The notes beneath the pieces were generated by a model. The model was not told where the DNA came from. It made no database searches and saw nothing but the letters and a program-made list of their open reading frames with translations. Both the position numbers and the translations under genes were made by a program. A stretch of DNA of 64,000 bases from Podospora anserina (Eukaryota), in NCBI GenBank assembly GCA_017654855.1, contig CM030332.1, forward strand, positions 2,046,001 to 2,110,000, in the 5' to 3' direction. Positions 47,560 through 59,406 of the stretch are shown piece by piece. Positions within the stretch are counted from its first letter, which is position 1, and every line of letters begins with the position of its first letter.

Positions 47560-47646
47560 AGCCCGACGTGGGGGTCGAACCCACAACCTTGAGATTTCGG
47601 AGTACTCCTTAAGAGTCTCACGCTCTACCGATTGAGCTAGCCGGGC
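47560..47646 (-). tRNA. tRNA-Lys (CTT) with a 14-nt intron
   Basis: GCCCGGCTAGCTCAATCGGTAGAGCGTGAGACTCTTA[AGGAGTACTCCGAA]ATCTCAAGGTTGTGGGTTCGACCCCCACGTCGGGCT; the intron is at the canonical 37/38 position. Confidence 0.95.
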
Positions 47647-47726
47647 AACGGCTAATTGGTTGCTCAAAATTGTCCGAGGTTGGCTACAAGTCAATAACTT
47701 TCCACAATATGCAGCCCTGGCAACAG

Positions 47727-48776
47727 TCACAGCGTTTTAAACTCAACATCCCTCCGAAAGCTCCAACCACCCAGTGCCGGCAACAGCTCGTATCCCAGCA
47801 CACCCTCGATCAAAGCAGCAACCATGGGCGCCGTCACTTGGAACTCGTTTGTGTACCGGGTGTGCTCCGTGCTAAGGACGAGCGAGTTGAACATTTCGCC
47901 CAGCCCGAACGCAGACTGATGGAGCGTTATCTGGACAGCTGGAGGATTGGTGGTATCATGGCGATTGACCCGACACCAGCGTTGCAGATACTCCGACAAG
48001 AACTGAAGGGTAGGGCTGTGGCTGCAGTGCAACTCGATCCTCTTGGTGCTTGCCGTCATGGTCAGGTAATAGGGCGGTCGAAGAAACAGCTGGTCGGGGC
48101 GTGGTAGAGACGCCGCGTCGGGAAGAAACTCGACCTTTGCTCGTGGCTTGGAGGCGTCGACATTGACCTCTACCTCTGCCCAGTCGTCTCCAGGTGTCGT
48201 GGTGGCCTGGGCATCCCGAACCGGAAGCTCGGTTTGCTTCTTGTCGGTATCGAAGCAAGTAAGGAGGTTGCCACGAAAGATGGGAAACAATTCGGTTGGT
48301 TGAAGCTGAAAGGTCTGTTTCTTGGGAAGAGAGACGACAAACCCTCGCCGCTGCTCCGACCACGACGTGGCGGCCTTGTCCGAGTCCGCAACGGCTATAA
48401 AGATCCTGAGGCGAGAGGGGACCTTTTCCAGCAACTGCTCCCCCCACGCTTCGTGTTCAGAGTCATCCAAAAGCTCGATCATGCTCTTGACCCATACTAG
48501 AACGCACCCGGTGACGCTAGCCACGAGGTCCAGTTTGTCGGGATAATAGCAGTCAAGCTCGGCGATCAAAAGATGCCATTCGGGCTCAGCGTCCACCTCG
48601 TGGCCCAAGATTTCTTCGAGCTTCCTGATGGCCGTTTGGAGTGCGCCATCCTCCTTTTTCCAAACGTCACGGATTCCGATTTGGGCTTTGAGCGGTATGT
48701 CGTGATCAGTTAGCGTCAGGTATGCTCGTCTGTTGGCACACGTGTGGTGGCATGGCATTACTCACATCGAGGGCAT
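47727..48776 (-). CDS. Uncharacterised protein (~326 aa), N-terminal domain related to the neighbouring divergent gene; first intron 48765-48697 ends in AT
   Basis: Long ORF with the micro-exon ATGCCCTCGAT, donor GTGAGT and branch GCTAAC. An alternative in-frame ATG lies at 48758. Confidence 0.75.
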
Positions 48777-49512
48777 GGTTGCTGGTTTTGCGCTTCGCAC
48801 CGGTTACTGATTCTGGAGGACAGAAACATCGAGCCGTGCGGTGTTCGTCTCTTTTAACCACATTGTTGATGCCACGAACTCGCTACCCTTTGTTGAGGGA
48901 GGCAGCATGCTTGGCGACCCCTGAAGGCGCGCGAGGCGCCAGAGCTGAGCGCGGGGATGGCTTGGCACCAAAGGGCGATCTGCAAGGCGGACTGGAGATT
49001 GCCATGTTCTTGTTAAGCAATGTCAACAAACTAGATGTCATATCTCGTGTAGGACGGCGGCAAAGTTGCCTTTCTTGGAATAACAAGGAGTATGCATGTT
49101 GACTTTGGCGTTTCCCCTCGGTTGCGTTCCTGATACTATGCAGTTCTTTGGGCGCTAGAGCGGCAGCCTGGGGTGGGCCGACGACTCATTTCCACAAGCA
49201 GAGCGGTCAACGTTTTGGAAACCGAGCTTCTGCAACAACTCCCGTGAGGCTGACCCAACCTCCGTGACTCGACAGAATGTGGCCCAGGGTATCACCGAAC
49301 CCCCGGAAGGGATGCTTAGGCAAGTGATGTGCTCGGTCACTGGAAGACGCGGGTGGGCGTGAGGAGCGATGCGACTTTTGGCCATAAAGAAGGGACCTCT
49401 GGCTGTCCAGGAGGTCCAACATCTTCAGCATCATCTCGAACATCCTCACCCGCCTCTTTTCAACTCTATACCACATTCTTCCCAACTACCACCACTCAAT
49501 ACATCCGTCACC

Positions 49513-50488
49513 ATGGCTCCTCTTCCTCCTGCGGAGAAGCTTTCGCTTGCCGTCCGCAAGAATGGTAAGACAACCCAATCCCGTCTCTGCTCGCTTTACT
49601 AACAACCAACAAGTCAGAGACGAGTGGGAGAACAACAAGGCCGACCTCGAGAAGCAGCTTTCCGAGCTCCTTGGCACCGAGTGGACCGTCGAAGCTGACC
49701 CCAAGGCCATCTGGCCTTACCACAACGACGGTTACGCCAAGGAGAGTCTTGGTTCTTGCATCAAGGCCTACGTCGAGGGCGCTATCTACCAGATCAAGTA
49801 TCTGAGTGGAAGATATGGAAGCGAATTCGCCACAGAGATCAACGACCTCGCCCATGCTCATGTCTTGACGCTCGAGGTCGAGGACCAGGACCCAGCCCGT
49901 TTTAGCTACAATGGTTGCGAGATCAAGGATGGCAAGCTGCGCATTCTGTTCAACGAGACATGCCTTGGCACCAACGTCGATTACGCCTTGCAAGAGAACA
50001 GCCTTTTGCCCGCCCTCAACGCCGCTCCCAGTGACAAGCCTTTTAGCTTCCACGCTCGCAACAGCATCAGACAGGACTACGAGCCCGCCATCGGCGCTGT
50101 CAAGAAGGACATTGCCGACCTTCTCGGCAAGAGTGTGGATGAGATCACGATCAATCCCAACTTCGAGGCCAACTTTGCCAAACTCAGTGAGAGCAAGCCC
50201 AGTCTCGAAGACTGGCAAGAACGGCTCGGGAACTTCACGCTGAAGTACTTTGAGGGCTTGGCTTACCAGATGAAGTACCAAAAGGTTGGCGAGGACGAGC
50301 TTATCCAGGAGGGTCTTCTGGAGGCTGTCAGCAAGAACGAGTACGCCCTTCGCATTGTGGACACCCTCACGTATGACTCGTATGGTGAGGTTGTGGTGGA
50401 AGATGGGGTGCTCTACATCCAGGCCAAGCCGGATACCTTCGGTACCAACATTGACTACGCTGCTCAGAAGCTTGTTGATCAGCTCTGA
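49513..50488 (+). CDS. Uncharacterised protein made of two tandem ~150-aa repeats; intron 49565-49613
   Basis: Repeat 1: LSLAVRKNVRDEW..YVEGAIYQIKY..SYNGCEIKDGKL..LGTNVDYA. Repeat 2: FSFHARNSIRQDY..YFEGLAYQMKY..SYGEVVVEDGVL..FGTNIDYA. Strong codon bias. Confidence 0.88.
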
Positions 50489-51550
50489 GAGAAAGAGATG
50501 CTTGGTCGAAGTGGTCTACGGACACATTGTTCTAGACCTGCGGTGCGCAGATAGATAGTCATTGATAGGAATACAAAGGACCCGTGTACATACACAAGCT
50601 GTCTCACACCATCGTCGTCCTACTTTGCTGCCTTCATAGTCGGAGAATATTTGTCAACGGTTTGGGACAGGACCACAGGAACGAGAGACTGGGGACGTTG
50701 AGGGGTCCTGGTAATCCTTGAAGAATACCACCTCCACCACAGCGGAACGGGATGCCACTTCGAGAATCGCCTCTATCCATCCCATGTCGATCATTCCCCT
50801 CAAGCCCCGTCGGATAAAATTGGAGGTTCGGCACCGAGGAACGGGGACACACGAAGACAGCCAGCCGTTATCAGCTTGCAAAGTACGGCGGCATGGATGG
50901 ACGATGGGGTCATTCCCAACCTCGCCGACGTGGAGAATTCGAGCGATCATGTTCTACAAAACGTCTTCTCAGCTTTCACTCACATTCTTCTTGGCGACAT
51001 CGGTCCAATATCACCGGACAGATCCCTTTCAAGGCGTACAAGCATAACCTCTAGATTCCGCCGACGGATGCGCTGTTATACAGGCAACTGGTAAGTTACC
51101 TCACGCTAGCAGACAAGGTATCTTCGAATCCACCCGAGGCAACCTATTGGCTGATCAGGAGCTAGACTCCAACCGGCTATCTCGAGCATCGGCTGCTCTG
51201 ACTCTCTGCCTACTAGTGACCGAAACCCGATGAAGGTCAGAGATGGTGGGAGGCTCTAGCAAGCGGAAGACGGCGCTGGGCACTACTCGCACAAGACAGA
51301 GAAGGAGGTCAGGCCACTTGAAAGGTCAGTTTTGCCTTATTTGATGGTGAGGCCTTTCGAAGATCATGCAACACCAGCCTGGCCTCGAGGCTGGTCGGAC
51401 TTGATATGATCGAGAAGTGGCAGTCTATATGAGCATATAACCAGGGCAAAAGCCCACCATCTGACCTCATCTCTAACTTTCTCTACACCCACGCACAGAT
51501 CACCCCACCACCAACTCTCCCCCAAAACCTCACACTTAACCACCCTCACC

Positions 51551-52180
51551 ATGTCCACCTCCCTCCTTCTCCTCCTCCTCCCCACCCTCACCCAAACCTC
51601 CCCAGTCCTCCAACAAGCAACCCAAACCTGCTCCGACGCGTCCCTCTCGTCCCTGAACTGGACAGCCAAATCCTTCCACTACTCCTCCCTCCTCTCCCTC
51701 CTCGGCCCCTCCCTCACCTCCCCCTCCACCGCCGGCACCGCCTCCCTAACCTTCAACCTCTCCAACCCCGCCCTCGGCCCCTCCTTCGACCAGCTCTGCA
51801 CCGCCGTCTCCACCACCCCCAATCAATTCTTCTACCTTGATCAATGGTTCACCTGCCTCTACACGCCCCCCAACAGCACCGCGTCCAACCTCTCCCCCCT
51901 CGTCGCCGACACCTCGGCGGCGACCTTTCGGTTCGACAAGCTGACCGGCCGGCTAGAAGTGAAGCAGGACTGGGAGTGCGTGGACGGGAAAGACAAGACT
52001 TATCCGACCACGTCTTTCAAGGGGCAAGGGGGGGTGAATGTCACTCTAGATTGCCAGGTAGACGTGTGGGCGAATCCGGAGTGGAGGGCGGGCGGGGAGG
52101 GGGTGATTAGAAACCAGACGGTGGATTGCGGGGTGGTGGATGTGAGTGTTGGGTTGGATAGTTTGGAGGCTATGGCTTAA
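51551..52180 (+). CDS. Small secreted Cys-containing protein, Alt a 1 (AA1)-like
   Basis: Leu-rich signal peptide, six Cys, and the pattern WT..F.YSS, TFNLSNPA, C, WFTC, FRFD..TG.L.VKQDW.C.D. Confidence 0.7.
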   Translation: MSTSLLLLLLPTLTQTSPVLQQATQTCSDASLSSLNWTAKSFHYSSLLSLLGPSLTSPSTAGTASLTFNLSNPALGPSFDQLCTAVSTTPNQFFYLDQWFTCLYTPPNSTASNLSPLVADTSAATFRFDKLTGRLEVKQDWECVDGKDKTYPTTSFKGQGGVNVTLDCQVDVWANPEWRAGGEGVIRNQTVDCGVVDVSVGLDSLEAMA

Positions 52181-52456
52181 CGACTACAAGATTGAGATCG
52201 GGGGCGTTTAGGTCTCTGGGATGGTGTTTTTAGGCGTTTTGGTGGTTTACCTAGGTAGATTAGGTAGGGGACAGGGGTTTGAAGGGTTTGAACTTTATGA
52301 CTTGCTCTGAAACCTGACTCTACTCTTGTGAGGGCTACTCTTGTATCTTGGTCCTAAGCGTGAAAATCACATGTCCCATTTATTTTCAACCTTTATCACG
52401 ATAATCCAACCACACATCCTCAAATCCTCTCATCATCACCCCAACCCTCCCACCAA

Positions 52457-52512
52457 CACCACTTGACCATCACCACTTGACCATAACCACTTCACCATCA
52501 TCCACCTGAACA
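52457..52512. repeat. 14-bp minisatellite (CACCACTTGACCAT), 3-4 copies
   Basis: Two exact copies at 52457-52484 plus degenerate copies. Confidence 0.75.
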
Positions 52513-53620
52513 CCACATCATCTCCCGCAACACACCCACTAACTAATTTAAAACAGGGAAAACAAGAAAAACAAGAAAAACAAGGAGTTAACCTACCTAC
52601 TAGCCATAAGTACATACCAAAACCAGAGAAAGTATATATTTCAACTCTCGTCCTATACCCTCAAGCAGATTTCAAACACCAGATATCCCAGGTACACACC
52701 ATCTCCACCCCCAAAATCAAAAAGGTCAATAATACAATTGCCTCCATCCCATTCTAAAAGAAACGGACGAGCCAGTCTTTGGTAGTTTGTCGTCCCCATT
52801 CTCAAATCTGCTTCCAACGCGGAAGACCATCTTCATTCCCTTAGTACCTGAGCTATCAGCCATCCTCACTTTTCAACCACCAAACATATATAAGGTACCT
52901 TACCCAACCATTAGAGACACCACTACCAAGTACCGCAAGCGTGTTTTCACGCAGCAAAATATCGATCTATCCAACACCATCACCACCACATCACATCTTC
53001 ACAGAACCATGCCCCAAAGAATCACCAACACGGAGAGCCCACGGCCCAAAACCCTCAAATTTAATACCTCTGCTATGCTATACTACGCCATGCCTCCATG
53101 CCTGCGCCCCCCCAAAATCAGCAACAAATTGGTATTGTAGAAAATGTAAAAACGTTTGCCTCATCCCTCTCTCAAGCTCCTTCATCTTTTCCACTCCATG
53201 CCATCTCCCCTCCCATACCTCTCTATACCCATGGTTTTTGCCTGCCTTCCTCCGCTAATACCATGTATGTGCCTGTGCCATGTAGCGACTCCACCAAAAC
53301 AAAAAGAGAAATACAAAGCCGCTTAGTCGTTTCATGCCCTCGAGCAAGTCGGGTGCTTGCTTGCTTTTTCCGTCTCCGTCCTCCTCACATAGTGTAATCG
53401 CAATTTCCCCCGTCCGTTTGTTGTGGTGGTGTAGGTAGTGCTCTTCTCAATGGCCGTGATGATCAAAGATCGCAACTGCTAGTGCTGGATATGCCGAGTG
53501 GTCGACCCCAAAATGTCTGCATTGATGCTTGACGCAAAAGAAATCCCCCAATATCTTCACAAGAGCTGGTTGAGCAACATCTTGAAGTAGATGTTCCTTG
53601 TCAATGTGTTGTGTTGTCGC

Positions 53621-55820
53621 TCATCTTTGAGCCTCCTCCTCATCAAGCGGCTCAACCCTCACCAAGATCTCCTCAAGCAGACCCTCCAAAAAGGTTGGCA
53701 CCTCCTTGCCCATACCCACAGGCTCTTGCTTGTCGTGGTGGTCAATCTCCTTGCACACATGCGCAAGCTTATACACCAGCTTCCGGATCCTCTCGTGCGT
53801 CGCCTCGGCCCGCTGCTGGCTCGGCGTCACCGGCGGAAAAGGCTTGCCCGGCTCTGGCCTAAAGAGCTGCTGCAGGCTAATCTGCCGCCTCTTGAGCGCC
53901 TCCTCGAGCGCCGGGAAAATCACGTCGTTGAGCGCGTCCAAGTCTCCATTCGGGTTCGCAGGCGCTGGCGACGGGAACGAGGATGGCGTCAGCGAACCCG
54001 GATCGACAGGCTCGCGATTACGAGGCAGTTCCTTCGAGATCAGCGACGAGCTTGGCTGATGGGCAGGAACCTGCGCGCCATATCTTTGATAATGTTGTTG
54101 GACCTGCTGCTGTTGCTGATAGCTGTAGGGACCATTGTCGGGATACATCATCGGAGCGGGCTGGTTCGTAATCTTTTGGAGAGGCACTTGGGATTGTTGC
54201 TGCTGTGATCCCCGGTATGGCGGAATCTCTGGCAGCTTCATCGGCGATGCTCGAGTCGACGACGTGTGAGACCTCAGAGATGGTCCTCGAGAATATCCAC
54301 CAGGCCCCAACTGCAGAGCACCCATTTCCTGCTGGATCTGCTGCGCGAGTGCCCGTTCGTATTCGGGGGAGCCCGGGCCAGGTGTTCGAGGCACCGGTTT
54401 GGAGGTATAGGAAGCGCGAGGAGTGTCGTTGAGGTCGGCAAGTGGCTTCTCGGGCGAGTTCTCCCTAGAATACCTGCCCTTGGTTGGCGAAGAAGCACCG
54501 ACGGGTTTTCGCTGAGGTGACATCTGCCTAGAATTGCCAGCCCCAGTGACTGCCTTCAGGGTATCCTTAGTATCCAGAGTCAACTTCGCAGGACTCCCCT
54601 CCCTCCGCCGCTCGCCATAGTCGTCAGAGTTCTCCTGTGTCCTCGCGGACCTGGCATTGGTTGCCGACTCGCCCATGGCGTTCAACATGCCCGGCCTATG
54701 GATCAGGTGACCACGCTCATTAACCAGTCGTACCGTCCCAAAATCCCACATGTCATCGTCGGTGCGGGACTGATTCTCGTATTGAGTCTCCGGCTCGTCG
54801 TCCACATCGTCCTTCTCAGGCTCGTGCGTCGCGGCCCAGCGCTGGTATCGCTCAATGAGCTCCGTCAGGTAGCTGGTCTTTTTCGCGCGTCTGATAAACG
54901 GATGCTTGAGCAGTTCCTTTGCTGAAGGTCGATCCTTGGGATCTCGCTGCAACACCACCTCAATGAAGTCTTTGAAGGCCTTGCTGAACTGTGCCCCGTC
55001 AAGCCTGGGTGGAGGATTCTTAGGTATCAAAAACAGAACTTTCATGGGATGAATGTCGGCATAGGGAGGCTCGCCATTGGCAAGCTCCAGGGCGGTGATG
55101 CCCAAGGACCAGATGTCGGCCTTGTGATCATAGCCACTTTGCTTGATCACTTCCGGTGCCATCCAGAAAGGCGTGCCCACAAAGGTGTTCTTCTTGGTCA
55201 TGGTTGCCGAGAGTTGTCCAGAGACACCAAAGTCAGCCAGCTTGACCTGTCCATTAGACGTCAAGAGAATGTTGGCAGCTAGAACATGATTAGCCCAAGA
55301 ATCCCAACATCCCACAACTTACAAAGCAAGACTCACCCTTGATGTCCCGATGAAGCTTCTTGTCCGAATGCAGGTAATCCAACCCCATGAGCAGCTCCCG
55401 AACAATGATGGCAATGCAGTCCTCCCCAATAAGGCCGGGCTTCATCAAGTCGGCACAGCTCCCGCCAGAGCAAAACTCCATGACGATCCACAGCTCGGCG
55501 CCTTTGGCATACGACCCGTAATACTTAGTCACATGGGGCGACTGAAGCTCCGACAGGATGGCAATCTCCTGGATGATATCGTCGACCTCATCCTCAGCAC
55601 TTTCTATGTCGATGATTTTGATTGCCACCGCCTGACCAGTACGCTTGTCCACCCTGTGAAATTTATGTCAGCCCAAGCTAGCAGAATCAGATTGTTGTCA
55701 CGGGTAGAAATACCCTTTGTACACCTTGCCGAAACTACCCCCTCCAATGCATGACTCCCGGGTATAGAGCAGCTCAGGATCAAGCGAGAGCTCTCGATCG
55801 TTGTATTCACGTTCCGACAT
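53621..55820 (-). CDS. mst-1: Ste20/GCK-III Ser/Thr kinase (Neurospora MST-1 / STK24-like); exons ~55820-55714, 55653-55338, 55279-53621
   Basis: [71 protein letters not shown] and a C-terminal helical domain. Confidence 0.88.
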
Positions 55821-57443
55821 TGTGGTTCTGCTGGTATCCCTTGCTTGCGGCTGTCAAGGTAGGTCGATTGGACGAATGTGTGCTGCTCTCGAAGGCTACG
55901 TTTGCTCTCGAGAGCAAAAAGAAGAAAGGAGAAAACCCCAGTCCGTATTATTGTTGGCCAATCGTGACGGACAATGCGAATGGCATGTAAGAGAGAGAGA
56001 GAGAGAAAGAGGGAGAGAGGAAGTTTTGAGTCGAGGGAGTTTGGCAAAGCGGAAAGTTGTAGTGGGTAATCGAAAAGCAGGTAGCCCACAGAAGCAGGAG
56101 GGCACGACCGAGAAGAAGCAGGAGCGAATGATCGGTTCGGTCGGACGAGTTCGAGGGTTGTAGATGCTCAGTTCGGGGAGCAAATTTCTTCGAGATTCGA
56201 AAATGGGTACTGTGTCTGTGTTTCTAATGGGAGTGAAGGAAGGAAGGGCGAGGCGCTCCAAGTCACAAATGCTAATACACCGCAATGGACAAGTACTCCA
56301 GGCTGGTTGGCTGTATAGCTGCTGTGGTAGCCAGATATGTACCTAGGTCATACAAAATGTACCTGGCTCGCCCACACCTCCTATTGTCTGAAGCAAGAGA
56401 CAATTCGCCAACGGTTTGCTGCTGCTGCTGCTTGCTGCATCTCTCAACTTGCCAGGAGAGAGAGCGAGAGAGAGAGATAGGTGCCTACTATGCCTGCTTG
56501 GTGGCTTGCGGCGGTACCTTGACCTGGCGAGAGCGCTGTCTCACCTGGGCACGTCAAGGCAAGCTCAAAGCAAGAGTATGACGTCCCCCCAAATGTATCG
56601 CGCAGTTGTAGGGGGAGGTTGCGAGTGAAGTGTGGGGTCTGCGGTGCTGGCCATCTGAAAGGGAAAACAGATGGCGTCTTTCTAGGCGTTGTCCACACAC
56701 CGTTGCCCGCCCAGCCAGGCGCAGCCGCCCAGAACCAGGGGAATTTAGTTTACGCTATGCGTTACAAACCGGCCGGACTTCCACCTCCACTTTTAATGCC
56801 TAGCGCCATAGCCACCCACACTAACCGAGGCATCTAAAAGCCTTAATTTTTTCCACTTACTACTTAAATCCATCAATTTTAACGCTTTTATATACTGAAA
56901 AAGCACGTAAATAATATTTTTACTATAGTTTTTATAATTTAAGCTTTATACTAAATTATTTAAAATATAAAAAAAATATTTAAAAGTTAAAAATTATTTT
57001 ACTATTAATAATTGAAGATTATTATAGCGCTATAATTATAAAGAAAAGCTCGAAATATTACCTTAAGCTAAAACTTATTAAAGTAAGTATAAGATAACTG
57101 GTATATTTTCTATTCTAAGGAAATGTAATCAAAATAATATAATATTTAAAAGTATAACTATAAAAGGATAATCCCTCGTTAAATCTTTAAATCCTTTTAA
57201 AGTTTATTAACAAAAAGTAACTATATTATAAAATAAATTAAATTTATTTTTATAAAATATAGAAATTCTTTATAAATTATTTATTAGTTATTATTGACTA
57301 ACAGTAAATATAGTAAAAAGATTAGTATATTAGCTGATATAATTAAATAAAAAACTTTAATTAAATCAATTTCAGGAAGTAAGAACCGTAGGTATGGTAC
57401 GTAACATATTGTATAAAAAAGATGACATTCAGAAGCAAGAGTT

Positions 57444-57740
57444 TGTCGCAGACTAACTATATAGCAAGACCGAGTGGGAACTGCAGCAGACTGTGGTAGC
57501 CAATCAAGGGAAAAGTAGCGGCGGGGCTGGAGGGTGATAGGGCGCTCACCTCTTAGCAGAGGTGAGCCGGATCACTACCGCTCACTAGTGAGCCGGAATA
57601 AGCTAGGTACGGAGGTACCTAGAAGATAGAGGTTTATAGATATAGAGGAACTAATTAGTATAGATAGATAGTTCTGTAGTATATAATTTAAGTTATAATC
57701 GTTAATACTTAGACTATTATTAGTTTAGGGTGCGGCTACA
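57444..57740 (+). mobile_element. Truncated, partly RIP-mutated solo LTR of the same family as 58984-59406
   Basis: Starts TGTCGCAG. 57629-57692 aligns without gaps to 59209-59272 (49/64 identical). The 3' end is uncertain and there is no TSD. Confidence 0.75.
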
Positions 57741-58983
57741 GGCCTGGAGATATGAGTGAGGAAGTGGGGCTCTCGCAGGATTCGGGAGAGTTCAGGGGTC
57801 ATATATATAAGCTGTCTGCTTCTGACATTCTATTTTAGAGAGGATATCGACTTTTATTTTCTTTGTATTTTGTGCCTTGCATGCGTGCAGGCAATTCTGG
57901 CCTTCTAATCAGGCCAATCCGGTGCTTATTATATGGCCTGCAAGCTTGTAGCATCTTTTTTTTGTCCTGCGCGAAGTGCCGCCTGCGAGCGAGTCACTAT
58001 TACGTAAGTATATTATTCAGGGACCTATTAAAACTATATTTGTTGTATTATAGATAGAGGTCGTGCCTGGGTTAACTAAAGTTTAAGGTTTAAACTGGAC
58101 TTATAAGCCTTAGGTATTTAAGAGAGTACGAAACTATAAATGATAATAAATACCGATAACTTTACTAAACCTTATAAAGTTCGAAAAAAATAATTTCTTT
58201 CCGTTTAATTAAATGAAGATTTTTTATTATCGGCTAAACTCCAAATTTTCCGTTTACGTATAGAGAATTAAACGTATAGTTTAGATAAAATTAGGAAATA
58301 AATTAAAAATATTAATTAACATTCATTTATTAATACACTTTATTTCGGTAATAATTATCAAAGTGTTTTGTTATTTTTAATCAAGAAAAATCTTTTGGTA
58401 TATTGTTTAATAATAATAAATGATTAAAGGGATTTCCGGTTTAATTTAATTTAAGATATTAGAAATTCGAAAGTAAAAAAACGAAATTTTTTTTAATTTG
58501 AATAAAAGTAATTTATATTTATATATTAAAGTTACAAAGAATAATGTTTTTTTTTATTTTTAATAATATATATAAAAAATCTATATTATTAGTATAAATA
58601 TACACAAATGATATTGTTAATAGAAATATAAGAATAATACTTCGTTTATTACTTCGATTAGCTTTTCTAACGATAATTAAGTATATTAAGCTCTTACGAT
58701 TCGTTCCGTAATAAAGACGGCTATCCTAGCAGTTAAATCTCTGTTATTATTATTATTTATTTTATTTTTAATTGCGGACCGTATTTACTTTAAAAACGCT
58801 AGAACTTTTTACCTTCTTTTAAATTAAAATAGTTTAATTATAAGTTGAAATGCTTTTAATACATTAAATAAACCTCGTATTTATTTAAATTTTAATATTT
58901 AAAATTATAGTATACTTCTTATTCGGTATATTAAATATCCTATATTCTTTTAAAAAAAATTTATATTAATTTTAATAACCTAG

Positions 58984-59406
58984 TGTCACAGTTAAGCCAA
59001 ACAGGCAGGACGGACCGTGTGCGGGGCACAAGACGCACAGCCAATCGCTAGCAGGACCAATCAGGACAAGGATACGCGATCATGGACAGCAGACTGGGAA
59101 AACACAGTAATCGCGGCAACACAACCAATAGGGAGCCACGGAGGATCATAGCGATCATTGTGATCATTGGGAACGAGCGGAATGATCACTATGATCAGGG
59201 CTTGGCACGAGGTCTATATATACGGAGGAACTGGCTGGTGTAGATAGACAGTTCCGCAGTATGCAATTCAAGCTTGTATTCACGGCATCTTGTGTTTACA
59301 TTGAGACATCTTGTTGTGCACTGTTTAGCTGCACCGAACCAGGATTATTCAGAAGTTACCTTTAACCAGTATCCCTTTCAGAGGTTCTGGATAGGGGTTC
59401 GTCACA
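58984..59406 (+). mobile_element. Intact 423-bp solo LTR with a 5-bp TSD (possibly the Podospora crapaud family)
   Basis: TG...CA ends (TGTCAC..GTCACA), CCTAG on both sides and an internal TATATATA box. The family name is from memory and unverified. Confidence 0.92.
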
